Shown here in pieces: positions 60,699 through 64,000 of a stretch of 64,000 nt of DNA (position 1 is the stretch's first letter; each line of letters begins with the position of its first letter). Source of the stretch: Beijerinckiaceae bacterium. GTDB lineage: Bacteria; Pseudomonadota; Alphaproteobacteria; Rhizobiales; Beijerinckiaceae. The notes under the pieces are model-generated. The model ran no database searches and was not told where the DNA came from. It worked only from the letters and a program-made list of their open reading frames with translations. A program made the translations under genes and the position numbers. Where the stretch lies: contig CANGBX010000011.1 in assembly GCA_947452455.1 (NCBI GenBank), forward strand, positions 2,188 to 66,187. The letters run 5' to 3'.

Positions 60699-61976
60699 AT
60701 GATGAGCGCTCTCAAAAACCTCGCCCTCCTCGACGCGCGCCTGATCGATCCTGTTGCTGGAACAGAAACACGCGGTGGCGTGCTGATTGAAAATGGTCAG
60801 ATCAAAGATGTCGGCGCAAACGTAACGCGCGCCAATGTGGGCAGCGGTACTGATGTGATCGATTGCAAGGGCGATGTTGTGTCGCCCGGCCTGATCGATA
60901 TGCGCGCCTCCGAGCATCGCGAAACCATTGCCTCTGTTTCACGCGCGGCACTTGCCGGCGGTGTGACAAGTGTGTGTGTGGCGCCAGATTCAAGTCCGGT
61001 GCGCGACACAACGGCGCTGGTCGATTTCTTCGTGCGCCGTGCGCGCGACAATGACAGCGTGCGTCTCTATTCGATTGCAGCTCTGACAAAGGGTCTTGCC
61101 GGCAAAGAGATCGGCGAAATGGGTCTCTTGTCCCGCGCAGGAGCGATTGGTTTTGGCAATGGCAGCGTCTCGGTGCGTGACGCGCAGGTCATGCGCCGCG
61201 CCATGACTTATGCGGGTGATTTCGACGCACTCGTGATGCACTTTGTGCAAGATCCAGATCTCGCCGCGACAGGCGTGATGAACGAAGGCGAATTTGCTTC
61301 GCGTCTAGGTTTGATGGGTGTTCCGCGCGAAGCCGAAGTGATTATGCTCGATCGAGACTTGCGTCTCGCAGCGATGACAGGTGCACGCTATCACGCTGAG
61401 CTTATCTCCACGACATTGTCGATGGATGCGATGGTGAAAGCGCGCGCCAATGGATTGAAGGTCTCTTGCGGTGTGTCGATCAATCATCTTACGCTGAATG
61501 AAAATGACATTGGCGATTATCGCACCTTCCTCAAACTCATGCCGCCTCTGCGCCATGAAGAGGAGCGTCTGGCTCTGGTGGAAGGCATCAATTCCGGAGC
61601 GATTGATGTGATCGTCTCCGATCATTGCGGTCAGGATGTCGAAGACAAGCGCGTGCCTTTTGCCGAAGCAGAAGCGGGTGCTGTGGGTCTTGAAACCCTG
61701 CTGCCGGCTGCTTTGCGTCTCGTCCATGCCGGACAGGTCTCGTTGCCTAAATTGTTGCGCGCTATGACATCGCGCCCCGCCGAGATTTTGGGTCTGCCGC
61801 AAGGCCGTCTTGCCAAAGGCGCACCCGCTGATCTCATTCGCTTTGATCCCGACGAACCTTTTGTCGTTGATCCTTCAAAGCTTCATTCGCAATGCCGCAA
61901 CACGCCCTTTGATGAGGCGCGTCTGCAAGGTGTTGTGCAGCTCGCCATGGTCGCGGGCAAAGTGCTGCACGGCTGA
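60699..61976 (+). CDS. pyrC: Dihydroorotase-like protein (probably the inactive PyrC' type)
   Basis: Amidohydrolase fold cues (PGLID, GGVT, PPLR, SDH, G.VGLETLL); metal-binding HxH replaced by MRA. Confidence 0.88.
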   Translation: MMSALKNLALLDARLIDPVAGTETRGGVLIENGQIKDVGANVTRANVGSGTDVIDCKGDVVSPGLIDMRASEHRETIASVSRAALAGGVTSVCVAPDSSPVRDTTALVDFFVRRARDNDSVRLYSIAALTKGLAGKEIGEMGLLSRAGAIGFGNGSVSVRDAQVMRRAMTYAGDFDALVMHFVQDPDLAATGVMNEGEFASRLGLMGVPREAEVIMLDRDLRLAAMTGARYHAELISTTLSMDAMVKARANGLKVSCGVSINHLTLNENDIGDYRTFLKLMPPLRHEEERLALVEGINSGAIDVIVSDHCGQDVEDKRVPFAEAEAGAVGLETLLPAALRLVHAGQVSLPKLLRAMTSRPAEILGLPQGRLAKGAPADLIRFDPDEPFVVDPSKLHSQCRNTPFDEARLQGVVQLAMVAGKVLHG

Positions 61977-61981
61977 GGCCC

Positions 61982-62578
61982 ATGGAAGAGAAAATCATCG
62001 CCCTTCTTTTTGGCTATTTGCTTGGCTCCATTCCTTTCGGTGTGGTGCTGACGAAACTGGCTGGCACAGGTGATCTGCGCTCCATCGGCTCGGGCAATAT
62101 CGGGGCCACCAATGTGCTGCGCACGGGCCGTAAAGATTTGGCCATTGCGACTTTGCTGCTTGATGCGGTGAAGGGCACGGTTGCAGTTTTGATTGCGCTA
62201 CAATTTTCGCGCGAGCTTGCCATTCTGGCCGGGCTTGGTGCCTTTGTTGGTCATTTGCATCCTGTCTGGCTGAAATTCAAAGGCGGTAAAGGCGTTGCGA
62301 CTTTTCTAGGTCTTGTTGTCGCTTTGCATTGGCCCTCAGCACTCGTCTTTATTGCCGCTTGGTTGGTTGCGGCCTATCTCACACGCTATTCGTCGGCGGG
62401 CGCTTTGGTGGCCTGTCTTGCTGTGCCTGTTTCGCTGATGGTTTTTGGATTGCAGGATGAGGCTGAGCTTTTCGTCGCGCTTGCGATTTTGCTCTGGTTC
62501 CGTCACGCTGAAAATATTCAGCGCATATTGTCCGGCACGGAAGGCAAAATTGGCCAGAAGGCCGAACCCAAAGCCTGA
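61982..62578 (+). CDS. plsY: Glycerol-3-phosphate acyltransferase PlsY
   Basis: [33 protein letters not shown]. Confidence 0.97.
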   Translation: MEEKIIALLFGYLLGSIPFGVVLTKLAGTGDLRSIGSGNIGATNVLRTGRKDLAIATLLLDAVKGTVAVLIALQFSRELAILAGLGAFVGHLHPVWLKFKGGKGVATFLGLVVALHWPSALVFIAAWLVAAYLTRYSSAGALVACLAVPVSLMVFGLQDEAELFVALAILLWFRHAENIQRILSGTEGKIGQKAEPKA

Positions 62579-62621
62579 TTTTTTAAAAAGTATTTTTTGT
62601 TTTTTTGACGGGGCTTTCCCC

Positions 62622-63857
62622 ATGCAATTGTCCGATGCGCAGCGCTTGGATTGGCTGCGTTTGATCCGCAGTGAAAATGTTGGGCCTCGCACCTTTCGCA
62701 CGCTCGTCAATCGTTATGGCGGGGCAGGGCCGGCGCTCGAGGCTTTGCCGCATCTGGCCAAACAAGGCGGGCGCACCATCCGCATCGCTGCGCGCGAAGA
62801 TTGTGAGCGCGAGATGGAGGCGATCCAGAAATTCGGCGCGCGCCTTTTATGTCTGGGTGAGAGAGATTATCCCAAAAGTCTGCGCGCGATTGATGCGCCT
62901 CCACCCATTCTGTGCGTGTTGGGCAATGTTACGCTTTTTGCACGGCCAGCTGTTTCAATCGTCGGCTCGCGCAATGCTTCTGCTGCGGGTCTTGCTTTCA
63001 CCGAGCGTGTGGCTGCGGAACTGGGCGCGCAGGATGTGGTGATTGTCTCGGGTCTTGCACGCGGCATTGATGCGCGTGCGCATCGCGCCTCTCTTACGAC
63101 CGGAACAATTGCGGTGCTCGCAGGTGGACTGGATCGCATCTATCCAAACGAACATGAAGATTTGGCGCGCGCTATTTCAGAGCGTGGCGTGTTGGTCAGC
63201 GAAATGCCACTGGGTTGGGAGCCGCGCGGGCGTGATTTCCCGCGCCGTAATCGGCTCGTCTCGGGCTTGGCTCTGGGCACATTGGTTGTGGAAGCAGCAC
63301 GCCGTTCCGGTTCGCTGATCACCGCACGTTTTGCAGGTGAGCAGGGGCGCGAAGTTTTTGCAGTACCCGGATCGCCGCTTGATCCGCGCGCAGAAGGCAC
63401 GAATGATCTGTTGCGCGAGGGGGCCATCATCTGCACGTCCTCGTCCGATATAGTGGAAGCCTTGGCGCCGATCTTGCGCGATGGATTGCCCGAGCCCGGC
63501 ACTTTGTTTGAAACGTTCAACGATCACACCGAGCCACTGTGGGATGAGCTTGATCTGTTCGATGGCCCGCCAACACCTGTTACGCTGGCGGGGCACGAGA
63601 TGGATGAGCCGGAGCCCGCGCCCTTTATTGCCCCTGTCAGGCGTGTCGCGCATGCGGATAGGGATGTGGATTGGCGCGCGCGGATTGTTGATCTGCTCGG
63701 TCCTTCTCCCGTTTCAATCGATGATCTGGCGCGGCTCAGCGAAGCGCCGCTCGCGCAATTGCGCGTGACGCTTTTCGAATTGGAACTGGAAGGATTGATC
63801 GAGCGCCATGGTGGCGCTCTGGTCTCGCTGATCACACGCTCTGATCATTCAGCGTGA
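62622..63857 (+). CDS. dprA: DNA-processing protein DprA/Smf
   Basis: [39 protein letters not shown]-terminal winged helix. Confidence 0.96.
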   Translation: MQLSDAQRLDWLRLIRSENVGPRTFRTLVNRYGGAGPALEALPHLAKQGGRTIRIAAREDCEREMEAIQKFGARLLCLGERDYPKSLRAIDAPPPILCVLGNVTLFARPAVSIVGSRNASAAGLAFTERVAAELGAQDVVIVSGLARGIDARAHRASLTTGTIAVLAGGLDRIYPNEHEDLARAISERGVLVSEMPLGWEPRGRDFPRRNRLVSGLALGTLVVEAARRSGSLITARFAGEQGREVFAVPGSPLDPRAEGTNDLLREGAIICTSSSDIVEALAPILRDGLPEPGTLFETFNDHTEPLWDELDLFDGPPTPVTLAGHEMDEPEPAPFIAPVRRVAHADRDVDWRARIVDLLGPSPVSIDDLARLSEAPLAQLRVTLFELELEGLIERHGGALVSLITRSDHSA

Positions 63858-64000
63858 TAGGGCGCCTGCGTTTGTGCATCGCGCTCGGGCTTGGCCTGTG
63901 CCGGCAGATTGGCAATAGAGTCGGCTTCCGCACGTGCCATGGCGAGAAAATAAGACAGCAATTCAAGATTGGCTGTATTGGACATGCGCTCGAGATCAAG
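63845..64000 (-). CDS. 3' end of a small hypothetical protein (partial)
   Basis: Open frame from the window edge: [26 protein letters not shown]...YHAE*, which resembles the LL.Y.L.MA..EA small proteins of Rhizobiales. Confidence 0.5.
   Translation of the reverse strand, partial: LDLERMSNTANLELLSYFLAMARAEADSIANLPAQAKPERDAQTQAPYHAE

Overview
A GC-rich core-chromosome window from an alphaproteobacterium of the Hyphomicrobiales (Rhizobiales). Family-level placement is not provable from this window. Bases 1-13.6 kb are the S10-spc-alpha ribosomal protein superoperon (end of rplC to rplQ, including secY, adk and rpoA). The rest is mostly housekeeping: degP-rarA-crcB-rluA-HAD-ATP12, an MCP, pccB/pccA, lipB-tRNA-Leu(GAG)-mgtE, cell-wall enzymes, phasin-clpS-clpA, dinB-DUF3572-divK-pleD, rpmG-NUDIX-DUF983-rnr-topA and pyrB-pyrC-plsY-dprA. 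I found no CRISPR array, integrase, transposase, prophage or complete defence system, and I cannot support a claim of a wholly new multi-gene system. The items most worth follow-up are (1) an orphan lipoprotein resembling EexN-type conjugative entry-exclusion proteins, with no conjugation genes nearby; (2) a TPR-GT41 (OGT/SPINDLY-like) glycosyltransferase with altered donor-site motifs; (3) an unannotated EcpR1/SmelC291-like cell-cycle sRNA between pleD and rpmG; (4) eight dispersed ~80-90 bp CGTC-type palindromic repeats with an oriented spacer, plus a second 129-bp inverted-repeat element; and (5) a pyrB-pyrC'-plsY-dprA block facing away from topA and encoding a degenerate dihydroorotase. 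All family assignments come from motif recognition by eye; no database search was run.
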